In this document: positions 1 through 10,679 of the stretch, in pieces
How positions within the stretch are numbered: the first letter of the stretch is position 1
How the letters are laid out: every line of letters begins with the position of its first letter
Origin: Spirochaetaceae bacterium
GTDB taxonomy: Bacteria > Spirochaetota > Spirochaetia > DSM-2461
Assembly: GCA_051531975.1 (NCBI GenBank)
Contig: JAOPTT010000013.1
Span: 64,001-128,000, forward strand
Length of the DNA stretch: 64,000 bases
Reading direction: 5' to 3'
Notes under the pieces: model-generated
What the model saw: the letters and a program-made list of their open reading frames with translations, nothing else
Databases searched by the model: none
What the model was told of the DNA's origin: nothing
Program-made: the position numbers and the translations under genes

Positions 1-2191
1 AGGCTAGAATCATACCAGTAGCTCTATCTGTTACTGACTGTACCTGTTGTTTATATATCTCCCTAAACTCTTCATGCCATGGATTACTAATAGGTGTAAT
101 ACTTATTAGATAGTCCTTTCCATCAGATGATATAAATGATTTTTGTATATTTTCAGGAAGCATATTAAGTACTACTTTGTCTGTATTACTCATTGTTATT
201 AACTTATTTACAAGCATTTTATCAAAGACAATCTGAAAATTGTTTAAACTGTCTTGTACATAATTTTCATCTTCAATTATCTTAAAAAGTCTATCAAACA
301 CCGAAACTTTGAATTTCTCATTATTATCATCAAATCCCGTTACCTCATTTAAAGCATTTGTCATTTTCATCATATTGCCCATATATGACATTTCAGAAAG
401 CTCCATTAAATTTGCTTCTAGTCTATATAACTCATCTAGCAGTAAAGCCATATCTACATTAGGAATAGTTCTTAAACTTAATATCTTTTTAAAATTATTT
501 AGTAGTTTAGTTCGTTCTAAGAATTCACTATCTGTTGGCAGATAATCAGCAATTGATTCTACACTTTTTACTGATGATAACTTTTTAAGCTTATTAGAAA
601 GTTCTTTTGTATCAGTTATAGAGTCACTTATTATCATAAGACCATCTGGAGCCATTTCAAACTCTTCTACCATCTCATCCTGTAGTTCTATTGATCTGAG
701 ACCTTTAGCTTCCATCTCCATTAAATTGGTTAATATGCCGATGTCTTTAATATTTATAGAAATTAAAGCCACAAATATAAGTGTTATAACGATAATTTTT
801 TTATTATATTTTGTTACAAAAAGTCCAATCCCCGATGCTATAGACGCTTTAATTTTTGTTTTTAAGACTATTTTTTTAGATCCTCTTTTTTCTCTAAATG
901 ATAATAATAGGGGTATTAAAACTAAAGTAGCCAATAACTCACATATAATACCAATACCGGCTATTAATCCTAACTCTTTTAACATTGTTGTATTACTTAT
1001 TAATAAAGCCAAAAATGCTACTGCAGTTGTTAAAGCACCTGTAATAACACCTCTACAGGTTTCATTATAGGTTATCTCTATTGCTTCTTTGTAGTTTTTT
1101 CCACTCTCTTTCTCAATTACATAATTTGTAATTATATGGATAGCATAATCAACTCCAAGGCCTATTAAAGCTATCATATACATAGCTGTAACAATATTTA
1201 ATCTACCTACTGTAAAACCTGTAACTCCAACGGTCCATATTATTCCTGTAATTAATGGGATCCCAATAATAAATGGGACACTCTTCATTTTAAGAACAAC
1301 AATTAATACGGTTAAAATTAAAATGATTGCTATAAAAAGTGAAACCACAAATCCATTGGAAGATGTTGTCATCTCGTCTCTACTTACTGTACAAAGTCCA
1401 GTTAAATCAGCAGTCAGTCCATTTTTTTCTGCAATCTCTTTTACAAGATTTTCCACATAGTTTACTCCAGGGACTAGAATATTAAGGTCTTCAATTCTAA
1501 AACTAGGAAGTACATAGATTGCCGCCTGACTGGTATCTTTGTTAAATAGATATTCCTCTCCATAAAGATAATCTGACAATGTTTCATCAATATTCTGGTC
1601 CCCAACAACATTCCCTTTAAGACTTTCTTCTATTAATATTAGAATATTCTCTAGGTTTTTAAACTGAGCACTAACTGCCTGTTCATCTTCTTTAAGGTTA
1701 TCCTCATTTCCTGAATACTCTTCTTCAAAATCGTTATTCATATTTGTAATAAAGGAAACAACTCCACCATCTCTATATAGGTCAGATATTCTGTTAATAT
1801 TTTTAGGTTTTGTTAACATTAGCCCGTGGTTTTTAACAAGATCTTGATCAACTTTCCCAAGGACACTGCTTATATAATCCTTGTTTTTATTTAACTCGGT
1901 CGTAATCTCATCAACTGTTTTGACTAGAAGTTCCTTAGCAACTATTGGATCTTTTATATTTTTAGCATCCACAACTACAGTCATGTTTGATGCAAAAGGA
2001 AAGTCATCCATTATTTTTTTCAGATCTTTAAACTGTTTTGTATGATCAGGTAATATAGAGAAGAAAGACATCTCCATTGTTAACCTTGAGGCTCCTAAAA
2101 TCATAATTATTGTTAAGAGTAGACTCATTAACAGTACTTTTACCCTGTTTTCTGTAATCCATACAGCAAAACGTCCTAAATTTATTTTCAT
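1..2191 (-). CDS. MMPL/RND-family transporter (runs off left edge; absent from ORF track)
   Basis: ATG at 2191 with GGGAG RBS; N-terminus read manually as MKINLGRFAVWITENRVKVLLMSLLLTIIMILGASRLTMEMSFFSILP; internal TM bundle with GLGVDYAIH-like motif near 1140-1165; downstream of tetR. Confidence 0.8.
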   Translation of the reverse strand, partial: MKINLGRFAVWITENRVKVLLMSLLLTIIMILGASRLTMEMSFFSILPDHTKQFKDLKKIMDDFPFASNMTVVVDAKNIKDPIVAKELLVKTVDEITTELNKNKDYISSVLGKVDQDLVKNHGLMLTKPKNINRISDLYRDGGVVSFITNMNNDFEEEYSGNEDNLKEDEQAVSAQFKNLENILILIEESLKGNVVGDQNIDETLSDYLYGEEYLFNKDTSQAAIYVLPSFRIEDLNILVPGVNYVENLVKEIAEKNGLTADLTGLCTVSRDEMTTSSNGFVVSLFIAIILILTVLIVVLKMKSVPFIIGIPLITGIIWTVGVTGFTVGRLNIVTAMYMIALIGLGVDYAIHIITNYVIEKESGKNYKEAIEITYNETCRGVITGALTTAVAFLALLISNTTMLKELGLIAGIGIICELLATLVLIPLLLSFREKRGSKKIVLKTKIKASIASGIGLFVTKYNKKIIVITLIFVALISINIKDIGILTNLMEMEAKGLRSIELQDEMVEEFEMAPDGLMIISDSITDTKELSNKLKKLSSVKSVESIADYLPTDSEFLERTKLLNNFKKILSLRTIPNVDMALLLDELYRLEANLMELSEMSYMGNMMKMTNALNEVTGFDDNNEKFKVSVFDRLFKIIEDENYVQDSLNNFQIVFDKMLVNKLITMSNTDKVVLNMLPENIQKSFISSDGKDYLISITPISNPWHEEFREIYKQQVQSVTDRATGMILA

Positions 2192-2201
2192 TTCATCTCC
2201 C

Positions 2202-2222
2202 ACATACCTACCGTAGGTATGT
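2202..2222. promoter_or_regulatory. Putative TetR operator ACATACCTA-CCG-TAGGTATGT
   Basis: Perfect 9-bp inverted repeat just upstream of the MMPL RBS; shares the ACATACC half-site with 2846-2864. Confidence 0.65.
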
Positions 2223-2239
2223 TATGTTGTTAAAAAAAA

Positions 2240-2836
2240 TTAAACTTTAATTCTATTCCATAAATCATCAGCAAATGTCTTCATTAATTCATTATCTTTA
2301 TCTGAATAAAATCCTGTCATTAACATTCCCCCCTCTGCCATAGTAGTTATTTCTAAAGCTAATAATCTTGGGTGTATGTCAGTTTTAATAAAACCTTCTG
2401 CTTGTTCTTTTATTATCATACCCTCTAACATGTCTAACATCTGTACATATGACTCTTTAAATTTTACCTGCATATCAGGAAACTTCTTCATCCCAGAATA
2501 CATAAGACTTGTAAATGTAATTGAATCAAAATGAATCTTTATTCCACAGATTTTTTCTAGCATTTCATCAGCATTTATATAGTTTAAAAAAGTTTTTAAC
2601 ATTGATTCTACATTTGGGTTTTCCGGTAACATTGAGTCAAAAAATGATTCCATGGAAGTATTAATAAAATTAAGACACTCTTCAAATAGTCCATCTTTAT
2701 TTTTAAAATAGTGATAGATAGCACCCTTAGTGACGTTTAAAGCTTCAGCAATACTATTTAAAGAAGCTCGATCATAGTCATTTTCTGTGAAAAATTTTAG
2801 TGCCTGTATTGTAATATTTTTTTTTGTCTCGTTCAT
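2240..2836 (-). CDS. TetR/AcrR-family regulator
   Basis: N-terminal HTH SLNSIAEALNVTKGAIYHYFKNK. Confidence 0.95.
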   Translation of the reverse strand: MNETKKNITIQALKFFTENDYDRASLNSIAEALNVTKGAIYHYFKNKDGLFEECLNFINTSMESFFDSMLPENPNVESMLKTFLNYINADEMLEKICGIKIHFDSITFTSLMYSGMKKFPDMQVKFKESYVQMLDMLEGMIIKEQAEGFIKTDIHPRLLALEITTMAEGGMLMTGFYSDKDNELMKTFADDLWNRIKV

Positions 2837-2845
2837 AAAACCTTC

Positions 2846-2897
2846 AACATACCTTGGGTATGTTTTAAGTATATTGGATAATGTAAAACATTGTCAA
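2846..2897 (-). promoter_or_regulatory. tetR sigma70 promoter with autoregulatory operator
   Basis: Minus strand TTGACA (2897-2892), 18 bp, TATACT (2873-2868); inverted repeat AACATACC-TTG-GGTATGTT at 2846-2864 over the likely +1. Confidence 0.65.
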
Positions 2898-2904
2898 TGA
2901 TAAA

Positions 2905-5900
2905 TTATTCAATAATTAATGTTAGAAGTATTGTGATTGCTTGCTTCATTTTGTATTTATTCAGAAGTGACTTACACTCAATTATACTATTTAAAACTTC
3001 ATCTTCTAAAATAAAGTCTTCAAGGTCATCCAGTATTTCTTTTGCTGGTTTAGGTTTACGTCTTTCTAATGAGTCTATAACTATCTTAATTTTTTGATTT
3101 AATTCTTCAGAAGAAATAGGCCTTTTTTCAACTTGGGGTTGTACTTCTTTAATAAAAAATCCACTTTTATTTACATTTAAAGCTATGGATTCTAATTCCA
3201 TACAGATTCTATTTATAATTTTATCTACAGGTATTGAGTTTTTAAGCCCCGATTCTAACTCTTTAGCTTTTTCCTGTATTCCATCAATTCCTAGGTTTCC
3301 ACTAACTCCTTTTAAAGTATGGGCAACTCTTACAGAGTCCTCTCTGTTTTTTAATGATGGATCTATAATACTTTTAAAGTCTTTATACTCAGTCAAAAAC
3401 TGTTCTAATAAATTAGTATACACTTTAACATTATTCCCAACTCTAATAACTCCTGTTGATATATCAACACCTTCTATTACAGGAAGATCTTCTTTTTTTA
3501 TCTCTTTGGAATCTTTAGAATCTCTGGAATATCCCTCAGGCAGATTTCTATCCCTTGGTTTTATCCACTTAGCTAATGTCTGCCAAAGCTCGTGGGTATC
3601 TATTGGTTTAGTAATATAGTCATCCATTCCTGACTCAATAACTGCATCCCTTACTCCGGTCATTGCATCCGCTGTCATAGCAACAATAGGTAAATTTTTA
3701 AATGATCTATCTTTTCGGATCTCCCGTGTAGCGTCGTAACCACCTAAAATAGGCATCTGTAGGTCCATTAAAATAATGTCGTATTCTTTTGTTTTGTTTT
3801 GATCTATGGCAATTTGACCATTATCAGCTATATCTACAAAAAATCCTTCCCCCTCTAATATCTCCATAGCTACTTGCTGATTAATTAAGTTATCTTCAGC
3901 TAATAAAATAGATGCTCCCCTAACTTTATCAAAGTTTTCTGGATATTTTTCACTACCACTGTGTTTACCTTTAAGTGTTCTGTAGCCAAATATTTCAATA
4001 ATAGAATTAAAAAGTTGTGACTGATTTACCGGTTTTAGTATAAATCCATCAAATCCTGCTGGTTCAATCTTCTTAAGTATATTTTCATGACTATCACTTG
4101 TAACTAATAAGTATTTTGGTTTTTGTGATTCCTTGAGTATGTTATTTATATTTTCTAATGTTTCAAAACCATTCATTTCAGGCATAACACAATCCATTAA
4201 GACTAAATCAAATGGTTTTTCATCATCTTTTTTACTTTCAAATAGTTCAACAGCTTGTTTACCACTTTCAACTGCTACTGACTTAAAAGAAAAATCTTTT
4301 ACATAAACACTTAAGACTTCCCTACTTGTTTCATTATCATCAATAATTAAAACGTTTAACTCTTTTATATCATCTGGAACAACATTTTTCTCTTGTTCTT
4401 CACCAATGTCAAATACTCCTGTAAAAAAGAATGTTGAACCAACACTAGGAATACTATCTACTCCAATATCTCCATTCATCATTTCAGATAGTCGTTTACT
4501 AATAGTTAAACCTAAACCTGTTCCACCAAATTTTCTTGTTGTAGATGTATCAGCTTGGCTAAAAGCTTGGAACAGTTTACCTTGCTGTTCTTTTGTTAAA
4601 CCAATACCAGTATCTCTTACAGAGAATTTAAGAGATACTTTATCCTTTATCTCTTTAAGTAGTTCAACAGATACAGCTATTTCACCTTTATTTGTGAATT
4701 TTACAGCATTATTAGTAAGGTTTAATAGGATTTGTCCAAGCCGTAGAGGATCCCCTTCTAGGTTAATTGGAACATCGGTACCAATATTAAATATTAATTC
4801 TAGCCCTTTATCCTGGGTTTTATCCCCTATCATACTTCCTAAGTTGTCAAATACTTCGTGGACGTTAAAGGGTATAGTTTCCATAGAAAGCTTTCCCGCT
4901 TCTATTTTAGAAAAGTCTAGAATATCATTTATTATTCCTAGAAGACTTTTAGCGGAACTAGATATTTTTCTAATATAATCATCCTGTTTATCAGATAAAT
5001 TAGTTTTTTTAATAAGGTGTGAAAGTCCAATTATGGCATTCATAGGTGTTCTTATTTCATGACTCATATTAGCTAAAAAGTCACTTTTAGCCTTTGTAGC
5101 TGCCTCCGCAGCATCTCTAGCTTCATTTAAAGCTCTTTCTGATTCTTTTTCTTCGGTAATATCTTGGGCCACACCATACATAAACAGAGCTTTTCCATTT
5201 TCGTCTCTGATAACATCACCAATGGCACGTATCCAAACAATTTTATTGTCTATTGGACGTTTATATGGATATATAGTGTCATATCTAGCTGTTTGACCTT
5301 CTACTGCTTCTCCATACCTTATACCTGTTTCTTCGGCAATTTCCGGATCTGCTTCAATAATTCTGTTTAGCCACTCATCTGTAAGATGGTATGTATAACC
5401 TTCTTTATGTACTTCCCCAAAAATATCTGCTGCACGTTCAGAAGAGGTATAATATTCAGGGTTACTATAATCGATAGTCCAAAAACCAGCTTTTGTTAAA
5501 TCTAAAGCATTATCTGACTTAAAATTTACTTCTTTTATGTTTTCTTCCATTTTCTTCCGATCAGAAATGTCTAAAATGGTACCAACTAAATGTATAATAT
5601 TACCTTTTTCATCATATTCAGGGTTACCTTTCTCATATACCCACTTTGTTAAACCATCATTACACAATATACGATATTCCATAGACCAATGTTCATTTTT
5701 TTCAATAGCCTCAGATGTTGCTTTACTTATAAAATCTTTATCATCTGAATGAACGATACTTTCATATGTTCTATTTTTATTATTTATAAAGTCTGATGCG
5801 GGATACCCAGAAAGAGTTTCGATCTCTTCACTTAAATAAACCATAGTCCAGTCTTTATCCATTAGACATCGATAAGCTGTACCAGGGATTGTTGCAACTA

Positions 5901-8900
5901 AGGTCTGTAATTGCTTTTCACTATTTTGTATTTTAATTTCTGCATCTTTAATATCAGTAATATCCTGAACAACACCATACATTGTTATAGGATTACCTTT
6001 ATCATCCCTTACAATATCACCGATAGTTCTGACCCAAATAGTCTTCCCATCCGAGGGTCTTTTATAGGGATAACTTGCATCAAATCTTGGTACTCTGCCT
6101 TCAAAAGCATCTATGGATGCTCTTTCAGCGTCTTTTGCATATTTTGGGTCGGCATCACTAATATGTTTTTTCCAATCATCAATAATATGAAACCGGAAAT
6201 CATCTTTTTCAGGTTCACCTAATATCTGGGATGTTCTTCTTGAAGAGATAAAATAATCGGGGTCAGAATAATCAATTGTCCAAAATCCCGCTTTGGTTAA
6301 ATCTAACGCAGTTCCTGACATGTAATTAATTTTTTTTAATTCTTCTTCACCTTTTTTTATTTCGGTTATATCTATTAATGTTCCAGTCATTAATAAGGCT
6401 GTTCCATCAGACTTTCTTTTTGTAACATCTGCCCGAGCTGTTACCCAACTAAGAGTCCCATCTTTTTGTAGTATTGGATATGTGGCTCTATATACATCAT
6501 ATTTTCCAGATACTGTTCCAGAGAATCTTTCCAGAGTTTCATCAACAATATCCTTACATTCACTATTAAATTCAGAAGTTTTTACTAAAGATGTCATCCA
6601 ATCACTTATACGATAATTATTCCCAGACTCATTTACAGGTATACCGATCATGTTTACAGTTTTGTCTAAACTATGAAAAGTATCCTCCTCTGTAAAATCA
6701 ACCCAAAAGGCTCCAATATCAGCAGCATCCAAAGACCCATAAACAAGTTGATTTAAAAGTGTTAATTCTTCTTCATTTTCCTTACCTATTGTTATGTCAC
6801 TTACTGATCCACTAGTTCGTATAGCTAAACCATTTTTATCTCTAGTAGATTTAGCTCTTGCCCTAAACCATCGATATTCACCACCTTTAATTCGCATACG
6901 ATAATTTATATCATATGGAATATCGCTTTCTAAATGATTATTAAAAGCTTCAATTGAAGTTTCTTTATCGTCAGGATGTATGTGAGCAGCCCAAGTATCG
7001 AATGTATGTGAAATTTCGTCTTGTCTATAACCTAAAAGTTCTATATACCTAGGAGAAAACCAATTTACCTTACTCCTAGAATCATATTCCCATAAAGCAT
7101 CACCAGAACCAGCTAGAGCTAGTTCAAACCGCTCCTGACTCTCTACAAGCAGATTTGTTCGTTCCCTGATTTTGTCTTCTAATTCAACTCTAAGTTTTGT
7201 AGATTGTCTTTCACGATATCGTATAAAAAGTATTAATAACCCTAAAAATATAATGACATAACCTAAAATAGCAAAAGGAGATTCCCACCAGTAAGGAAGA
7301 ATTATCATATTAACAACTAGTTCATTTTCTTCTAATGTTCCTAAAGGATTTAATGTTCTAACCTTGAATTTATACTCACCAAAAGGAACCTTTGCATAGG
7401 ATGCAAATTGAACATCGTTTAAAGGGCTTATCCAATCCTCATCATACCCTTCTAACATATACTGAAATGAGTTTCGTGATGAATTAAAATAACCTAAAAC
7501 TGCATACTTTATAGTAAATGTATTTTGTGACTTTTTTAAAATAAAATAGTCTAAATACTGTTTATTTTTATCTATCAGAGGCAAGGACTCTATCTCTTTT
7601 CCTGAAAGACCTGTCTTAATTTCAACTAGTTTAATAGGAATATTACTTTCTGCCTTTTTAACTTTTTCTGGATTAATAATTGTCATTGTTGTTGTTGACT
7701 TAATAACAATAGAACCATTGTTTTTTAATATTCCTGCTCCATCATTATATGAGAAATCTCCAACACCATTAATTCTATCAAAATTTTGAATACTGTTATT
7801 AGTTGGATTAAAATATTTTAATCCATTCCTTGTTCCAAGCCATAAAGAACCTTTTAAGTCAGGTACTATAAAGTGGAATGCATCTGAATCAAAACCAGTA
7901 GATATTCCAAAATATTCATATCCTTCTGTTGTTCTTCTGTTTAAGCCGCCATTTGTACCTACCCACTGAGTTCCATTAGAGTCAAAAGCTACAGAATATA
8001 CTTCACTACTACTTAAACTTCCTTTATCACCACTTCTATAAAAAGTAAATTTACTATTCTTTAGATTAAAACTAACCAATCCTTTAGTCCAACTAGTTAA
8101 CCAGAGAAGTGATGAATCCGCTGGGTCAATTGTAATGCTTTGAAAGTCATTTATAGTATCTGTTGTTTCTTTATTATCAGGAGAATATATCCTTCCAACC
8201 TCTTTATGCAAGTCAAAACTATAGAGACCTAAAGTTGTTAACATCCATAAAAAATTATCTTTTACAACCATACCTTTTAAATTATTATTTTTAGATAAAG
8301 TTCCAGTTTCTAATAATGGAAGTTCTAGATATAAGTTTTCGACTTTATCCAATAGGTTTTCTGGAGATGGAAGTTTATCACCTATATTCAGTGATAAAAG
8401 AGTCTTAGTACCTAAAACCCAAAGTCTGCCATTTTTATCTTTACTAATAGATTTCCAGATTTGATTTGGGATAGAGCTATCCCCACCACTTAAGTCACTA
8501 TTTTTATAAAAGAGAACAGACCCATTCTGTAAAATAACATTAATACCTCTGTTTGTTGGGATCCATATTCTTCCATAATTATCTTCAATTGGAGGATATA
8601 AAAGGTCTCCCTGAAATCCGGTATCAGATGAGGGACTCTGCTTAAAGTTGTTAAAAGCTGAAGGTTCTATACTAAATCTATCAATACCTTTAAATCGAAG
8701 TCCCGCCCATACTAGTCCGTCACTACTTTTTAACAGTGTAAGTGCCAAGTTAGCATTAATACTATAAGGGTTATTTGGGTCATTTTTATAATATTCTACT
8801 TTATTACTTTTTATATCATACCGTACAAGACCACCTCGATTTAGGTTTTTAGATGCTATCCATAATACTTCGTCATCATATATTAAAGAGTAGGAAAGAT

Positions 8901-9726
8901 GTCCCGCCTCAAAAAGATGAACGAGTTTAATGGTTTGTAAAATGGGGTCTACAAGAAACAGACCTCTACCAGAAACAGTCCATATTTTGCCCTGGACATC
9001 TTTAACCGAACGAAATTGTCCCCAGGGACTCATTTTAGCCGGACCTGTTACAGGAAAATGTTTAAACTCTTCAGTTTTTGGATCAAATCTCTCAAAACCA
9101 AAGTTGGATAGATACAACCATAAAAAGCCTTCATCGTCTTCTATAATTGAGTTAACTCTTTTTCCACCTATAGATAGATTATTGTCTGGGTCGTTAATAT
9201 AATTTGTAAATGTACCATCTTCAGAATTATATTTACTCATTCCCCCAGTAAAATTACCAAACCAAAGTATTCCATCACTACTTTCCCATATACATAGAGA
9301 AATAGTATCAGCTATTGTATTAGGATCATCAGGATTGTTTTGAAACCGAGTAAATATTTCAGTTTCTGGGTCAAAACTATTTATACCATTAGAAACTGTA
9401 CCAACCCATATATACCCTTTAGAGTCTTCATGAATAAAAGTAATTGTATTTCCAGAAATAGAATCTGGATCGTTAGGATTATTGATATATAACTTTAACC
9501 TTTTACCATCGTAACGCTGTAATCCACTCCATGATCCAAACCACATAAAACCTCTACTATCTTGGTAAATAGCTCTAACAGAACTATCAGAGAGACCATC
9601 TTCCTGGGTTAAATGTTCAGTAAATATAGGTGTAGAAATTGTACTGGGCAAAGATTGGGCATAACAAAAGTATGAGTTTATTAGGAATAACAAAAGTAGG
9701 AAAGCTTTCTTTAACGTTAATATCAT
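2905..9726 (-). CDS. Hybrid sensor kinase: periplasmic propeller and Y_Y_Y, TM, about 5 PAS, HisKA, HATPase, two REC, Hpt
   Basis: IYQDSRGFMWFG repeats, YMLEGYDEDW, FLANMSHEIRTPMNAI, GGTGLGL, LMDCVMP and LMDLQMP, AHTLKGVSGNLG. Confidence 0.93.
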   Translation of the reverse strand: MILTLKKAFLLLLFLINSYFCYAQSLPSTISTPIFTEHLTQEDGLSDSSVRAIYQDSRGFMWFGSWSGLQRYDGKRLKLYINNPNDPDSISGNTITFIHEDSKGYIWVGTVSNGINSFDPETEIFTRFQNNPDDPNTIADTISLCIWESSDGILWFGNFTGGMSKYNSEDGTFTNYINDPDNNLSIGGKRVNSIIEDDEGFLWLYLSNFGFERFDPKTEEFKHFPVTGPAKMSPWGQFRSVKDVQGKIWTVSGRGLFLVDPILQTIKLVHLFEAGHLSYSLIYDDEVLWIASKNLNRGGLVRYDIKSNKVEYYKNDPNNPYSINANLALTLLKSSDGLVWAGLRFKGIDRFSIEPSAFNNFKQSPSSDTGFQGDLLYPPIEDNYGRIWIPTNRGINVILQNGSVLFYKNSDLSGGDSSIPNQIWKSISKDKNGRLWVLGTKTLLSLNIGDKLPSPENLLDKVENLYLELPLLETGTLSKNNNLKGMVVKDNFLWMLTTLGLYSFDLHKEVGRIYSPDNKETTDTINDFQSITIDPADSSLLWLTSWTKGLVSFNLKNSKFTFYRSGDKGSLSSSEVYSVAFDSNGTQWVGTNGGLNRRTTEGYEYFGISTGFDSDAFHFIVPDLKGSLWLGTRNGLKYFNPTNNSIQNFDRINGVGDFSYNDGAGILKNNGSIVIKSTTTMTIINPEKVKKAESNIPIKLVEIKTGLSGKEIESLPLIDKNKQYLDYFILKKSQNTFTIKYAVLGYFNSSRNSFQYMLEGYDEDWISPLNDVQFASYAKVPFGEYKFKVRTLNPLGTLEENELVVNMIILPYWWESPFAILGYVIIFLGLLILFIRYRERQSTKLRVELEDKIRERTNLLVESQERFELALAGSGDALWEYDSRSKVNWFSPRYIELLGYRQDEISHTFDTWAAHIHPDDKETSIEAFNNHLESDIPYDINYRMRIKGGEYRWFRARAKSTRDKNGLAIRTSGSVSDITIGKENEEELTLLNQLVYGSLDAADIGAFWVDFTEEDTFHSLDKTVNMIGIPVNESGNNYRISDWMTSLVKTSEFNSECKDIVDETLERFSGTVSGKYDVYRATYPILQKDGTLSWVTARADVTKRKSDGTALLMTGTLIDITEIKKGEEELKKINYMSGTALDLTKAGFWTIDYSDPDYFISSRRTSQILGEPEKDDFRFHIIDDWKKHISDADPKYAKDAERASIDAFEGRVPRFDASYPYKRPSDGKTIWVRTIGDIVRDDKGNPITMYGVVQDITDIKDAEIKIQNSEKQLQTLVATIPGTAYRCLMDKDWTMVYLSEEIETLSGYPASDFINNKNRTYESIVHSDDKDFISKATSEAIEKNEHWSMEYRILCNDGLTKWVYEKGNPEYDEKGNIIHLVGTILDISDRKKMEENIKEVNFKSDNALDLTKAGFWTIDYSNPEYYTSSERAADIFGEVHKEGYTYHLTDEWLNRIIEADPEIAEETGIRYGEAVEGQTARYDTIYPYKRPIDNKIVWIRAIGDVIRDENGKALFMYGVAQDITEEKESERALNEARDAAEAATKAKSDFLANMSHEIRTPMNAIIGLSHLIKKTNLSDKQDDYIRKISSSAKSLLGIINDILDFSKIEAGKLSMETIPFNVHEVFDNLGSMIGDKTQDKGLELIFNIGTDVPINLEGDPLRLGQILLNLTNNAVKFTNKGEIAVSVELLKEIKDKVSLKFSVRDTGIGLTKEQQGKLFQAFSQADTSTTRKFGGTGLGLTISKRLSEMMNGDIGVDSIPSVGSTFFFTGVFDIGEEQEKNVVPDDIKELNVLIIDDNETSREVLSVYVKDFSFKSVAVESGKQAVELFESKKDDEKPFDLVLMDCVMPEMNGFETLENINNILKESQKPKYLLVTSDSHENILKKIEPAGFDGFILKPVNQSQLFNSIIEIFGYRTLKGKHSGSEKYPENFDKVRGASILLAEDNLINQQVAMEILEGEGFFVDIADNGQIAIDQNKTKEYDIILMDLQMPILGGYDATREIRKDRSFKNLPIVAMTADAMTGVRDAVIESGMDDYITKPIDTHELWQTLAKWIKPRDRNLPEGYSRDSKDSKEIKKEDLPVIEGVDISTGVIRVGNNVKVYTNLLEQFLTEYKDFKSIIDPSLKNREDSVRVAHTLKGVSGNLGIDGIQEKAKELESGLKNSIPVDKIINRICMELESIALNVNKSGFFIKEVQPQVEKRPISSEELNQKIKIVIDSLERRKPKPAKEILDDLEDFILEDEVLNSIIECKSLLNKYKMKQAITILLTLIIE

Positions 9727-9918
9727 GATAAAACCTCTGTTGGGATAGCTATAATTTTATATTTTATGTCTTTAATTATATATTTAACAAATGGTTTTAA
9801 CTATTCTTTTTTTATTATGATAACCACAAGATTTATACTCCAATCACCTTTGATTTTTTAATTTTACGATTTCCAAATTATTTCCCTTGGTATATAGTTT
9901 TATTAAAAGGACTCTAAA

Positions 9919-10662
9919 ATGAAACAATTTTGTATAACACCAGCAATGGGTAAAAGACTAATAGGTATGGGAATGGCTCAACTTCCAGAAGTTAAAAAAG
10001 TTTTAGAAAAAGGAACTCTTGTAATAATAGCAGGAACAACAAATGGATATGTTGCAGAAGAAATTCTTAAAGTTTTAAAACTAAATTCAAACTTTAATAG
10101 AAAAGGGTTCCGTCGTGGTATTACTGTTCCTCCAGGAAAGAAAGCCCCATCCTTTGAGTTTTTAGGTGATTTAATATTTATAAGTGGAGATTTACAAACT
10201 GGAAAAACTATATTTGATGTCTCTTCAGATCTAACAAAGCATGATCTGATTTTAAAAGGTGCTAATGCTATTGATGTCTACGACCAAGCTGCTATTCAAA
10301 TTGGACATCCAGAGGGTGGAACAATCCACGAAGCGTTAAAAGCTGTTTACGGGCGAAGAACAACTATAATATACCCAGTAGGAATGGAAAAAAGGGTTCC
10401 TGGAGATTTAAGAGAGATAGCTGAGATGTTAAATGTTTCAGAGGGATCAGGTCCAAGATTATATCCAAGTCCTGGTGCTATCTTTACAGAACTTGATGCT
10501 TTAGAGTTATTAACAGGTGCCAACTGTCAAATAGTTGCTGCAGGTGGAATTTATGGTGCCGAGGGATCTACCTGGATTGTAGCAAACGGAACAGAGGAAC
10601 AAGAAGAAAATGTTAGTGAACTAATCAGGGCTGCTGCAAAAGAAGAAGTCTGTGAAGTTTAA
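9919..10662 (+). CDS. Hypothetical protein, possibly NagB/RpiA/CoA-transferase-like fold
   Basis: AAGGA RBS; protein-like composition; GTTNGYV and LKGANAID motifs; fold is inference. Confidence 0.7.
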   Translation: MKQFCITPAMGKRLIGMGMAQLPEVKKVLEKGTLVIIAGTTNGYVAEEILKVLKLNSNFNRKGFRRGITVPPGKKAPSFEFLGDLIFISGDLQTGKTIFDVSSDLTKHDLILKGANAIDVYDQAAIQIGHPEGGTIHEALKAVYGRRTTIIYPVGMEKRVPGDLREIAEMLNVSEGSGPRLYPSPGAIFTELDALELLTGANCQIVAAGGIYGAEGSTWIVANGTEEQEENVSELIRAAAKEEVCEV

Positions 10663-10679
10663 ACTTTACTAATTGAACA

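Noticed and set aside
309..1070. Plus-strand ORFs 309-545 and 726-1070, and the many other short antisense ORFs in the track
   Set aside because: They are shadows of well-supported genes on the opposite strand or in another frame, and show no protein motifs
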